A stretch of DNA of 64,000 nt from Candidatus Cloacimonadota bacterium (GTDB lineage Bacteria; Cloacimonadota; Cloacimonadia; JGIOTU-2), in NCBI GenBank assembly GCA_049903315.1, contig JBNGBT010000007.1, positions 32,360 through 96,359 on the forward strand. The letters are read 5' to 3'. The notes beneath the pieces were generated by a model. That model worked only from the letters and a program-made list of their open reading frames with translations. It had not been told where the DNA came from and did no database searches. Within the stretch, counting starts at the first letter, position 1. Each line of letters opens with the position of its first letter. Made by a program: the position numbers and the translations under genes. Of the stretch, positions 48,850 to 58,067 are shown piece by piece.

Positions 48850-50944
48850 TACTTACAGCTGCACCGCCACCTTCAACTAAAGGGAGCTTGAGAATTGTCT
48901 TGTTACTAACGATCACATTTTCAATTCTATAAGACATTGGATTATCCTTCCAGTGAGCATCCAAATCATCCATGTAAAGAGTGGCAATATACCGTTGATT
49001 AGGTGTGAGGAAATGAAGGGAAATCTCTGATGTTCTTGCTTGTTCATCAGTTATTGCGCCAATATACCATTCATCTTTTTCTTTTGCTTTCCGAGCAATC
49101 GTAATATAATCTCCCGGTTCAGCTTCGATAATTTTCATATCATCCCAGTCGACCGGAACATCTTCTATGAATCGAAATGCATCGAGGAATCGCTTATAAT
49201 TTTCAGGAAGGTCAGCAGCCATTTGCAGGGGACTGTACATTGTGACATATAGTGCCAGCTGCTTAGCAAGCGTCGTGTGAACCTGTTCCCTTTTCTTAGG
49301 ATTGTAATAATCCAATTTTATCTGGAAAATTCCCGGAGTATAATCCATGGGACCACCCATCAAACGTGTGAAAGGAAGTATTGTTTCATGTTCGGGAGCA
49401 TTGCCAGAACTCCATGCATTGTACTCATTCCCCCGTGCAGATTCGCAGGCAAGCCAGTTGGGATAGGTTCGATGAAGTCCGGTCGGACGGCAGGATTCAT
49501 GGGAGTTGACCATAATATTATTTTCCGCTGTTTGCTGCGCGACGTGCACATAATGATTCACCATCCACTGTCCGTCATGATACTCGCCCCGCGGAATGAT
49601 CCTGCCTACATAGCCTGTTTTGACCGTATCGTAGCCATGCTTTTTCATGAACTCATAGGCATCGTGCATTCTGCGTTCGTAATTTGTGACAGAGCTCGAA
49701 GTCTCATGATGCATAATGAGTTTTACACCTTTTTCTTCTGCATAATGCTGCAATTCTTCAACATCGAAATCTGGGTAGGGTGTTACAAAATCGAAAACTT
49801 CTTCTTTCCATTTACCATACCAGTCCTCCCATCCAATATCCCATCCTTCGACCAGTACACCATCAAAACCATGTTCTTCAGCAAAATCTATATATCGTTT
49901 TGTATTTTCAGTTGTAGCGCCATGCCTCCCATTGGGAGTGAGTGATTGCCAATCCGTTCCCTCTAATTTTACATTTCCTACATCAGCATAGTTCCATGAG
50001 TTTTTTCCCACATGTAGGCACCACCAGATCCCGATGTATTTCTGAGGATGAATCCAGCTTGTGTCTTCGAGTTTGCATGGTTCATTCACATTCAATATCA
50101 GATTTGATGCAAGTATATCCTCTGCTTTATCGCTTATGATAATGGTTCTCCATGGCGTTTTGAATGGAGTTTGAATATAGGCTAAATTTCCCACTGCATC
50201 AGGAACGAGTTCGGCTGAAAGAATGCTGTTATACCTATCTATGAGAAGATGCATAACAGGATAATTTACCAATTCTGCTTCGTGGATATTGATGTATAAT
50301 CCGTTATCTGTTTTCATCATAAGAGGAGTCTGCACTGCATTATCTGCTATAATAGTTCGTGTGCCGATCTCGCTTGCAGTCAGTCCTTTTTGTGCATGGA
50401 CTTCACTTAATTTTGAGGTTGTATATGCGTACTCATTCGTATCATAATCCCCTGAAATCCAGAAAGCTTTATGATCACCTGCAAGATTGAATTGAGTTTT
50501 TTCTTTTTGAATAATGAAATAGGACAGATTTTTTTGCTCGGGAAATTCATAGCGAAATGCAACTCCGTCATTGTATGCTCGGAAATAGATCTTCAATGTC
50601 CTGTTGCTCAATTTTTTCTGCTCAAGAATAACTGTAAGTCCGTTATAATGATCTCGTATTGATTTGTATTCTCCCCAAACCGGCTCCCAGGTTTCATCAT
50701 ACGAGCAAGTGTCTGTAGATATAATACTAAATTGCGAATCCATTGCAGGAGAGTTCTTGATCTCGAAACCAAGAATGCTCGGTTCGATAACAGGTTTACC
50801 TTTGTAATAAACACTATATAGGGGAATTCCATTCACGTCGAGGGTGAAGTTAAGTTCGATGTTTTTATCTGGTGAAAAGAGTGTTGTTGCATGGATATTC
50901 ATCGTCATCAGTACCCCGAAAAGTAATAATATAATATTTTTCAT
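48803..50944 (-). CDS. Glycoside hydrolase family 97 (SusB-like alpha-glucosidase)
   Basis: YNDGVAFRY, TPWRTI, YIDFA, MHHETS, KTGYVG, HE..RPTG..RTYPN, GPMDYTPG, SPLQMAADLP; signal peptide from MKNIILLL. Confidence 0.93.
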   Translation of the reverse strand: MKNIILLLFGVLMTMNIHATTLFSPDKNIELNFTLDVNGIPLYSVYYKGKPVIEPSILGFEIKNSPAMDSQFSIISTDTCSYDETWEPVWGEYKSIRDHYNGLTVILEQKKLSNRTLKIYFRAYNDGVAFRYEFPEQKNLSYFIIQKEKTQFNLAGDHKAFWISGDYDTNEYAYTTSKLSEVHAQKGLTASEIGTRTIIADNAVQTPLMMKTDNGLYINIHEAELVNYPVMHLLIDRYNSILSAELVPDAVGNLAYIQTPFKTPWRTIIISDKAEDILASNLILNVNEPCKLEDTSWIHPQKYIGIWWCLHVGKNSWNYADVGNVKLEGTDWQSLTPNGRHGATTENTKRYIDFAEEHGFDGVLVEGWDIGWEDWYGKWKEEVFDFVTPYPDFDVEELQHYAEEKGVKLIMHHETSSSVTNYERRMHDAYEFMKKHGYDTVKTGYVGRIIPRGEYHDGQWMVNHYVHVAQQTAENNIMVNSHESCRPTGLHRTYPNWLACESARGNEYNAWSSGNAPEHETILPFTRLMGGPMDYTPGIFQIKLDYYNPKKREQVHTTLAKQLALYVTMYSPLQMAADLPENYKRFLDAFRFIEDVPVDWDDMKIIEAEPGDYITIARKAKEKDEWYIGAITDEQARTSEISLHFLTPNQRYIATLYMDDLDAHWKDNPMSYRIENVIVSNKTILKLPLVEGGGAAVSITPAYYQDLKKYRMY

Positions 50945-51081
50945 AATTTTAAAATCCGTCATTGAATCTTTACTTACTATTGAAAAACTGAATTTCAATT
51001 TATTTTGTCAACTTGAACGATACCTAAATGTACAGATGCAATTTTCATTTGGGTGTTTATACAAAATAAATAATAAATAAT

Positions 51082-51116
51082 TTGACAAATTCGACCATTC
51101 AACCAAATTAGTCGAA
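51082..51116 (+). promoter_or_regulatory. Promoter with probable TetR operator
   Basis: TTGACA at 51082-51087 followed by the inverted repeat TTCGAC-n15-GTCGAA (51090-51116). Confidence 0.55.
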
Positions 51117-51135
51117 AAATATAAATGGGGCGTGG

Positions 51136-51708
51136 ATGAATAATAAAGAAGAGTTGATAATTGATTCTGCCGAAGAAGTTTTTGCCCGTTTTGGTTACAA
51201 AAAATCAACAATGGAAGACATCGCAGCACAAGCACATATTGGAAAAGCAACACTGTATTATTATTTTCCAAGTAAAGAAGTTATATTTGGTGAAGTGATC
51301 CGCAAAGATTCGGAGCAGTTCAGGTCAAAGCTTAATGAAGCTGCTGCAACAGCCGATACACCGGAAGCGAAGATCCGTGCATACGTGGCTGCCCGAATGA
51401 TCCATCTTGAGGATATGAGTAAATTTTATCCAACTCTCACACAGGAATACCTGGATCACTATTTCTTTGTTGAGAAAATCCGCAAAGAGTTTTATGATTA
51501 CGAAAATACAATACTGAGCACTCTTCTTCAGGATGGAATTGATCAAAATTCATTTTTTGTTGATGATGTCGAATGCACAGCCCGAATGCTCGCTATCGCA
51601 ATTAAAGGTCTCGAATATCCAATGCTGCAAAATAAAGAGAACTATGATATCATTGGAGAGAGTACAAAAATGCTCGATATCATCTTTAATGGAATTAAAA
51701 GGAGATAA
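51136..51708 (+). CDS. TetR/AcrR family transcriptional regulator
   Basis: FARFGYKKSTMEDIA..AHIGKATLYYYFPSKE HTH. Confidence 0.93.
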   Translation: MNNKEELIIDSAEEVFARFGYKKSTMEDIAAQAHIGKATLYYYFPSKEVIFGEVIRKDSEQFRSKLNEAAATADTPEAKIRAYVAARMIHLEDMSKFYPTLTQEYLDHYFFVEKIRKEFYDYENTILSTLLQDGIDQNSFFVDDVECTARMLAIAIKGLEYPMLQNKENYDIIGESTKMLDIIFNGIKRR

Positions 51709-51753
51709 GGTGAATATGTTAAGCAATCAATTTATTACAAAAGGAATCAAAAA

Positions 51754-52911
51754 ATGTTGAAACAATATTTATCATCAGAGTTACCTGAATTAAAAATTGA
51801 TGATCTGGTTATCAAAAATTCAATAATTCAGGGAGGGATGGGAGTTGGAATTTCCATGTCGGGTCTTGCTTCTGCAGTCGCGGACGAAGGATGCATAGGG
51901 GTCATGTCATCTGTAGGACTTGGATTGCTGCAGGATAAAAATTTAGATAATTACAGGCAGGGAAACCTTGTAGCGCTCAGAGAAGAAATACGTAAAGCAA
52001 AGCAAATGTCCAAAGGCGTTATTGGATTGAATGTTATGGTTGCAGTGTCGGACTATGATGATCTTGTTACTACTGCAATTGAAGAAGAGATCGATATATT
52101 ATTTTTGGGTGCCGGCTTGCCACTTAAATTACCTCAAAAAGTTTCAATCGAACAGTTGCGTTCTATAAAAACCAAGATATTCCCAATCGTTTCTTCTGCT
52201 CGGGCTGCAAAACTTATCTTTCAAACATGGGATAAAAAATTTGATCATGTGCCGGATGGCGTAGTGGTTGAAGGTCCAAAAGCAGGGGGACATCTCGGTT
52301 TCAAAACAGAGCAGATAGACGATGTGGAATTTGAACTTGAAAAGATTGTTCCTCAAGTTGTAGAGCAAATAATCCCTTTCAGAGAAAAATATGGAAAAGA
52401 TCTGCCCGTCATTGCTGCAGGTGGAATATTCACAGGTGAAGATATCTTGCGTTTTCTCCAGCTTGGTGCATCCGGAGTTCAGATGGGAACAAGATTTGTC
52501 GCCACAAATGAATGCGATGCAGATATTAAATTCAAGGAGCAGTACATCTATTGCAAAAAAGAAGACATTGTCATCATAAAAAGCCCGGTTGGACTGCCCG
52601 GGAGAGCAATAATCAATAATTTCCTGCGCGATGTAAGTGCCGGCATAAAAAAACCCTTCAAATGTCCGTGGAAGTGCTTAAAAACCTGTGATTTTAAAAC
52701 ATCCTTATATTGTATTGCAAAAGCTCTAATGAATGCCAAGATCGGTGATTTGACGCACGGATTCAGCTTTGCAGGTTCAAATGCATACAGGATTGAGAAT
52801 ATAATTTCCGTAAAGGAATTGATAGAATCTCTGAAAAGAGAATTCGAGAATGCATGCATACAATTCAATCAATTGCTTGAACCAGCCTTGATTCCAGTGG
52901 TAATCAGATAA
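51754..52911 (+). CDS. Nitronate monooxygenase/FabK-family flavoenzyme with C-terminal Cys cluster (FabX-like)
   Basis: IIQGGMGVGIS, GAGLP, EGPKAGGHLG, AAGGI, GVQMGTRF, SPVGLPGRA, CPWKCLKTC...YCI. Confidence 0.85.
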   Translation: MLKQYLSSELPELKIDDLVIKNSIIQGGMGVGISMSGLASAVADEGCIGVMSSVGLGLLQDKNLDNYRQGNLVALREEIRKAKQMSKGVIGLNVMVAVSDYDDLVTTAIEEEIDILFLGAGLPLKLPQKVSIEQLRSIKTKIFPIVSSARAAKLIFQTWDKKFDHVPDGVVVEGPKAGGHLGFKTEQIDDVEFELEKIVPQVVEQIIPFREKYGKDLPVIAAGGIFTGEDILRFLQLGASGVQMGTRFVATNECDADIKFKEQYIYCKKEDIVIIKSPVGLPGRAIINNFLRDVSAGIKKPFKCPWKCLKTCDFKTSLYCIAKALMNAKIGDLTHGFSFAGSNAYRIENIISVKELIESLKREFENACIQFNQLLEPALIPVVIR

Positions 52912-52969
52912 TAAAATTTTAAGAAAGCAATCAAAATATTTATTTATAAAACTTGACCTCAAATCAACC

Positions 52970-52988
52970 TGTAATACATTTTATTACA
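52970..52988. promoter_or_regulatory. Palindromic operator of the RHH-PIN toxin-antitoxin pair
   Basis: TGTAATA-cattt-TATTACA downstream of TTGACC (52953-52958). Confidence 0.6.
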
Positions 52989-53007
52989 AATTATTATTGG
53001 AGTCAGC

Positions 53008-53226
53008 ATGAGAGAAATTTTAACAATAAGTATTGATAAAGATTTAAAAAAATCAATTGCTCAGAAAGCGATAGAACTCAATACAACACAGAGTGAACTT
53101 GTAAAAAGAGCGATACAAAAATATATCATTCATCAAGAATTTCAAGAGCTCAGAGACATGCTCATTCCGTATGCCGAGAAAGCTGGTTATTATACCGACG
53201 AAGATGTGTTCAAAGAAATATCATGA
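53008..53226 (+). CDS. Ribbon-helix-helix (CopG-like) antitoxin
   Basis: LTISID..L...I...A......SELVKRAI; PYAEKAGYYTDEDVF tail; ATGA overlap with the PIN gene. Confidence 0.8.
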   Translation: MREILTISIDKDLKKSIAQKAIELNTTQSELVKRAIQKYIIHQEFQELRDMLIPYAEKAGYYTDEDVFKEIS

Positions 53227-53624
53227 AAGTTGTTCTGGATTCAAATGTAATCATTTCTGCACTCATTACTCAAGGTCTTTCATCCAGATTATTTGATATT
53301 TGTATTGATAAACATGTCATTTTTATTTCTGCATGGATTCTTGATGAAGTAACGCGCATCTTACGCACAAAATTTATAGTTGAGCATGAAAAAATAACAC
53401 GAACTAAAAATTTCCTGTTATCAACTTGTGTGTTCATTAAACCTGAGGGAAATATACCGACGCAATTTAGAGATCAAGATGATAATAATATTCTCCATAT
53501 TGCAGAGACAGTAAAAGCAGAGATAATTATTACCGGTGATGAAGATCTACTTATCCTAAAAGAGCATCTTTCAACAAAAATAATTTCACCCAGAATTTTC
53601 ATGGAAAAGTTCAATACTAATTAA
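53223..53624 (+). CDS. PIN-domain toxin (VapC-like)
   Basis: KVVLDSNVIISA, RDQDDN.IL..A, IITGDEDLL. Confidence 0.88.
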   Translation: MKVVLDSNVIISALITQGLSSRLFDICIDKHVIFISAWILDEVTRILRTKFIVEHEKITRTKNFLLSTCVFIKPEGNIPTQFRDQDDNNILHIAETVKAEIIITGDEDLLILKEHLSTKIISPRIFMEKFNTN

Positions 53625-53705
53625 GAAGTAAATTCAATTTTCTTTGACAATTCAATCAACTTGTAAAAATTTAATAAATTATAAAAAAAGACTAAAGAGG
53701 TATTA

Positions 53706-54758
53706 ATGAAAAAACATATTATATTAATTCTGGTTATTATAATCATTAGCTTTTCTATGGCTCACGCTGAACAAGCAAAAAGATATGCACTCAAATCAGC
53801 TCATATCGTGTATGAACTTACTGGAAATATAACCGGTGAAAAAGAGGTCTGGTTTGATGATTATGGCATGAAATACTTCGAGGAAACAAACGAGACTACA
53901 ACCATCAAAATAATGGGCATTACAAGCGAACAAAATGAACACACTCTCGTTATCCATGACGGGCAGACTATATATGATATAGATATGCTCACAAAGACCG
54001 GTTACAAAGGCACAATGCCAAGCATGGATGAAATGATGGATTTATCGAAAAATATGAACGAAGCAGAACAAAAACAACTGGCTGATGATATCATGGAATC
54101 CTTAGAAGGTCAGAAATTAGGCACGGAAACCTTTCTTGGTAAAACCTGTGAAGTCATAGAAATTATGGGTGTGAAATCATGGATTTATAACGGGATTACT
54201 CTGAAAACCGAAGCGAATATGATGGGCATGGTTGCAAATGAGACCGCAACAAAATTTGAAGAGAATGTTAAAATACCCGCAACAAAATTTGAACCTCTAC
54301 AAGGCATCACATATGAAGACATGCCCAGCTATGGTGATATGTTTAGCGATGAAGATGATGAAGACACATATTATGAGGATGAAGAAGAAGCAGATCTGCC
54401 GGTTCCCATTACTTATGATGAATTCAAGAACGGCTTGAATGGTTTAGGAAGCGCTGGCTATACTCAAACAATGGTCATGCAGGAAGATGGGCAGTATATG
54501 GCAATGTATATGAGTGGTATGGGCTCAATGCTCATGATCATAGGTTCTGGATATTCATCTGAAGATCTTGATGCTGGTTTTGAGTCATTTACTCACAAGG
54601 GGAAGAGCATGAAATATGGCAACATTGCTGAAGGTGGGAATTCGATCTCCATACTTGTCGTGCTTTATCCTACACAAAATTTGATGATCACCATCAATTC
54701 GATGTCCGGGATGGCAAAAGATGATTTGATTGGCATCGCTGATAAACTGAAATTCTAA
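53706..54758 (+). CDS. Exported hypothetical protein with acidic linker and Met-rich C-terminal domain
   Basis: Signal peptide ending AHA; DEDDEDTYYEDEEE linker. Confidence 0.7.
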   Translation: MKKHIILILVIIIISFSMAHAEQAKRYALKSAHIVYELTGNITGEKEVWFDDYGMKYFEETNETTTIKIMGITSEQNEHTLVIHDGQTIYDIDMLTKTGYKGTMPSMDEMMDLSKNMNEAEQKQLADDIMESLEGQKLGTETFLGKTCEVIEIMGVKSWIYNGITLKTEANMMGMVANETATKFEENVKIPATKFEPLQGITYEDMPSYGDMFSDEDDEDTYYEDEEEADLPVPITYDEFKNGLNGLGSAGYTQTMVMQEDGQYMAMYMSGMGSMLMIIGSGYSSEDLDAGFESFTHKGKSMKYGNIAEGGNSISILVVLYPTQNLMITINSMSGMAKDDLIGIADKLKF

Positions 54759-54782
54759 TACTAAATTAAAATAAGGAATTTT

Positions 54783-55271
54783 ATGAAACACAAAATAATA
54801 GAAAGAAAAGGGATCAAACTTGTTGGTCCTCTTTATCATACGAAGATGCAAACTGCTGAAGGAATTCCCGGCTTGTGGGATAACGAATTTCTTCCACGGG
54901 CACGTGAGATCAAACATGTGGTGAACCAGAATTGCTATGGACTTGAACTCTATCCTGATAATTTCATGGATACAAAGCAATTCTCCTACATGGCTGCATT
55001 TGAAGTTTCGAAAATCGAGGATGTGCCTTTCAATATGTTCGGTGTAACATTGCCGGCAAGTACGTATGCAGTTTTTACTATAATTGGCAAACTTGATCCC
55101 AAAAAGATCATGGAGACCTTCCAGAAAATCTATCATGAATGGCTTCCTTCTTCCGGGTAAGAAATGCTGTATCCGTATGATTTCGAATTCTATGATGGTG
55201 AGAAGAAACTCTTTAAGCCGGATCAGGATGATTCTGAACTTGATATTTATTTACCGGTGATTGAAAAATAG
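54783..55271 (+). pseudogene. GyrI-like (AraC effector-binding) domain protein with in-frame nonsense codon
   Basis: IPGLWD..F, LPASTYAVFT, IYHEWLPSSG*; the same frame continues EMLYPYDFEFYD...DSELDIYLPVIEK* to TAG at 55269-55271. Confidence 0.8.
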
Positions 55272-55298
55272 ATGATGTGTTAATTTTCTCAACAACTT

Positions 55299-55328
55299 CT
55301 CGTTCCACAAGTTGAACTTGGGAACGAG
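55299..55328. repeat. REP-like palindrome
   Basis: CTCGTTCC(A)CAAGTT-g-AACTTG-GGAACGAG; 14-bp arms with a single bulged A. Confidence 0.7.
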
Positions 55329-55475
55329 TTCTAAATGAGGAACAAAAAATGAGGAAATGAAGGTAAGGTTATTACAAACCATTATCATATGAAAATAAAT
55401 TTGACAAAAACAAAACACATTTATTCTTTTGTAAGCACGTAATTTTTATCGTTGGGAAAATTAAAAGGAGTTGTC

Positions 55476-55889
55476 ATGAGAAAGATAAGTTTTTTTATCT
55501 TGATCTCAGCCATAGCATTGCTATTTGTACAATGCACAAATAATCAAACCTCGAATTCCGACTATATTATTACCCTCGAAGAAGCTGAACAGATACTCTT
55601 TACAGAAGTATTTCAAGACTCAATCCCATTTGATGTAAAAGTATATGAACTAACTGAACCACTGGAAAGATTTACCACGATAAAAAGTGCGCTAAACCAA
55701 TACACGATTAATAGAAAGAGTTGGTTTTTCTTTATCAATGATTGTCCTATGGCAAATTGGTCTCATCCTTGCAGATATGTACTTATCAATTATTATGATT
55801 CTTTGACGAGAAACTATTGCATCATAGATGAAGATTGGCCACCTGACTGTGTTGAGGAGATGGTCGAGGTTGAATTACAATCTAAATAA
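55476..55889 (+). CDS. Small lipoprotein with WFFFIND.P.ANWSHPCRY motif
   Basis: AGGAG RBS; hydrophobic leader ending FVQC. Confidence 0.65.
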   Translation: MRKISFFILISAIALLFVQCTNNQTSNSDYIITLEEAEQILFTEVFQDSIPFDVKVYELTEPLERFTTIKSALNQYTINRKSWFFFINDCPMANWSHPCRYVLINYYDSLTRNYCIIDEDWPPDCVEEMVEVELQSK

Positions 55890-55901
55890 AAGGAGTATGT
55901 C

Positions 55902-56660
55902 ATGAAAAAAGTAATATTTATTATTTTAATAGTATTACCAGTTCTTTTACATGCTGATTATGACAATGAATATTCTGTTGTGTATGATAGTGTAAAATAC
56001 TATATGGCAACGGATAAATGTACGTACATCCCTGGAGATTCTGTTCATATGTGTTACAGTGTTACTAATTACAAGTCTTCACCGATTTTATTAACTTTTC
56101 CCTCAACACAAGAATTTGATTTTTATGTAGTAAGGGATACAATCGGTATATGGTTATGGTCCTGGGGAAAACCTTTTTTTTGTATTGTAATACTTGTTGA
56201 TTTAGATCCTGAAGAATCGTTTGAAGCAGTTTATTCATGGAATATGACAAATAATTATGGAAACCAAATTCTTTATGGAGATTATGAAGTTACAGGATTT
56301 TTGGCAACGTATAATAATCTTCCACTTTCCGTAGATATTGAATATGCACCAACCGGAACGAACGAACCGTCTATACAAACCGATAATTCAAATATTGTAA
56401 GTTCACCAAATCCTTTCACATCTTCGACCAACATTTTCTTTTCAGTTTCGGATAATGGTACTGTCGACTTTTCTATTTATAATCTAAAAGGACAGAAGAT
56501 TACAACAATTACGCATCAGAAATATGCAAAAGGTGAATATACAATATTCTGGGATGGACGAGATGAGAATGGAGAAAAGGTAAGCCCAGGTGTTTATTTC
56601 TACAAAATGGAATGCGATGGAGAAATTGTTGCCGTTGAGAAGTGTGTGATAATAAGATAA
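55902..56660 (+). CDS. Secreted protein: BsuPI-like proteinase inhibitor domain plus FlgD-Ig/T9SS-like C-terminal domain
   Basis: VTN....I.LTFPSTQEFDF.V......WLWS.GKPF........LDPEES; PNPF...IYNLKGQ...WDGRDENG...PGVYFY. Confidence 0.7.
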   Translation: MKKVIFIILIVLPVLLHADYDNEYSVVYDSVKYYMATDKCTYIPGDSVHMCYSVTNYKSSPILLTFPSTQEFDFYVVRDTIGIWLWSWGKPFFCIVILVDLDPEESFEAVYSWNMTNNYGNQILYGDYEVTGFLATYNNLPLSVDIEYAPTGTNEPSIQTDNSNIVSSPNPFTSSTNIFFSVSDNGTVDFSIYNLKGQKITTITHQKYAKGEYTIFWDGRDENGEKVSPGVYFYKMECDGEIVAVEKCVIIR

Positions 56661-56669
56661 AGAAAAGCA

Positions 56670-57890
56670 TTGAATAATAAATCTCCGTACTGTAAATCTT
56701 ATATATCAGGTAAACCTAACCTTATTCTACTTTTTATATTTATATCTCTTCTCCCAAACCTTCACTCTCTTGATTTATCATACGGTATTCTCGATGAGAG
56801 TCCATATATTGATAAAAACGCAAGAAATTATATTTTCTTGCATTTAAAAGAAGAAATACCTGAGTGCTTCCCAGAAGATTTTCCGCGAGATGATGGTTTC
56901 CTCTACGGTGAAATTCCTATCGGTAATGAAAGATTGATCATAGCAAGGAATATAACGAATGGTGAAGATGAGATATATGTGTACAATAGCTTTAACGACA
57001 GTACGCAACATATAATAGCTGAAGAAATAACAAGTATAAAAGATCCATTATTAGTAAATTGTTATATTTCATTACTTCAGAAAAATACTCATTTTAAAAA
57101 TTCGGCACTCAAACTGTTCGGGTTGAGTGCTAAAACTATGCTTTTTAGCTCTGCAGATTTCCGGTATGGCTTTTTAGAAATCGACAGTAATGAATATTTT
57201 TTCGGATTAGCTAATAACACTTTCGATTATAGTGATTTGGAGAATACCGTTCTTTACATAGATCTCAATAATAATGGGTATGTTTCTGATAAAGATTCGA
57301 TAGATGTGCATGGAAATTCCACAAAAGAAACATTACATGCAATCGATTCATTCATAATTGACCACCAGGCATATAAAGTAGATTCTATTTCCGTCAATGG
57401 ATATACTGTAGAAATATCAAAATTCGATTCGGAAAGCAAATTTGCCGCTGGATTTATGATGCCATCATTTAGTTATTACGATTCGGAAACAGGATTGTAT
57501 GATGCCTACAAAAATACTGGTGATGTAACATTGATTTTCTATTGGTCACCCGGATGTGGTGGTGCGCAAATGCATATTCCAATAATGAGTAAATTATATG
57601 AAAATTATGACTATATCGATGGTTTCCGGTTTATTTCATTCGTGCCGGAATTTGTAACTGATCAGGACATAAAAGAATTGGATATTCGATTTCCTTTTTA
57701 TGATGGGAATCCAAAACTCATGGACGTTTTTGGACCTTCGTTTCCAAAGATTGTTATCATAGATTCTGATGGAATTATAAAAACGTTTATGGAAAGTAAT
57801 TTTACGACATTGTCTGATCCGAAAGACATCAAAAATGATGAGAATTATAAAAAGATTGATAGGTATTTGGAAGCATTGTTAGAGAAGTAA
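56670..57890 (+). CDS. Exported protein with C-terminal TlpA/thioredoxin-like domain (CxxA)
   Basis: G..MPSFS, TLIFYWSPGCGGA....P.M.KLY, FP..VIIDSDGII; TTG start uncertain. Confidence 0.65.
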   Translation: MNNKSPYCKSYISGKPNLILLFIFISLLPNLHSLDLSYGILDESPYIDKNARNYIFLHLKEEIPECFPEDFPRDDGFLYGEIPIGNERLIIARNITNGEDEIYVYNSFNDSTQHIIAEEITSIKDPLLVNCYISLLQKNTHFKNSALKLFGLSAKTMLFSSADFRYGFLEIDSNEYFFGLANNTFDYSDLENTVLYIDLNNNGYVSDKDSIDVHGNSTKETLHAIDSFIIDHQAYKVDSISVNGYTVEISKFDSESKFAAGFMMPSFSYYDSETGLYDAYKNTGDVTLIFYWSPGCGGAQMHIPIMSKLYENYDYIDGFRFISFVPEFVTDQDIKELDIRFPFYDGNPKLMDVFGPSFPKIVIIDSDGIIKTFMESNFTTLSDPKDIKNDENYKKIDRYLEALLEK

Positions 57891-57917
57891 AATGTAGATG
57901 GGTTAATAAATCATGAA

Positions 57918-58045
57918 AACTTCTGATTGTTCGCCATCCGGTGAACATCCGAATGTCTTCAAAGAATGAAATAAATGAATATAAACTCTCAGATGTTAGA
58001 GATCTTCTCAACACTCGGAAGTTCGCAAGCGAACATTCAGAGGTT
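57918..58045. repeat. Inverted pair of REP-like palindromes
   Basis: AACTTCTGATTGTTCGC..GTGAACATCCGAATGT (57918-57956) matches the reverse complement of AACACTCGGAAGTTCGC-aa-GCGAACATTCAGAGGTT (58010-58045). Confidence 0.65.
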
Positions 58046-58067
58046 AAGACATATTGAAGGTATTATT

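Noticed and set aside
55158..55160. Stop-codon recoding (Sec/Pyl or alternative genetic code)
   Set aside because: The codon is TAA at a Tyr position, and TAA, TAG and TGA all terminate conserved genes normally in this window.
57975..58067. N-terminal 31-aa extension of the porin ORF in the track
   Set aside because: It overlaps the REP-like doublet; the signal peptide and RBS point to the ATG at 58068.
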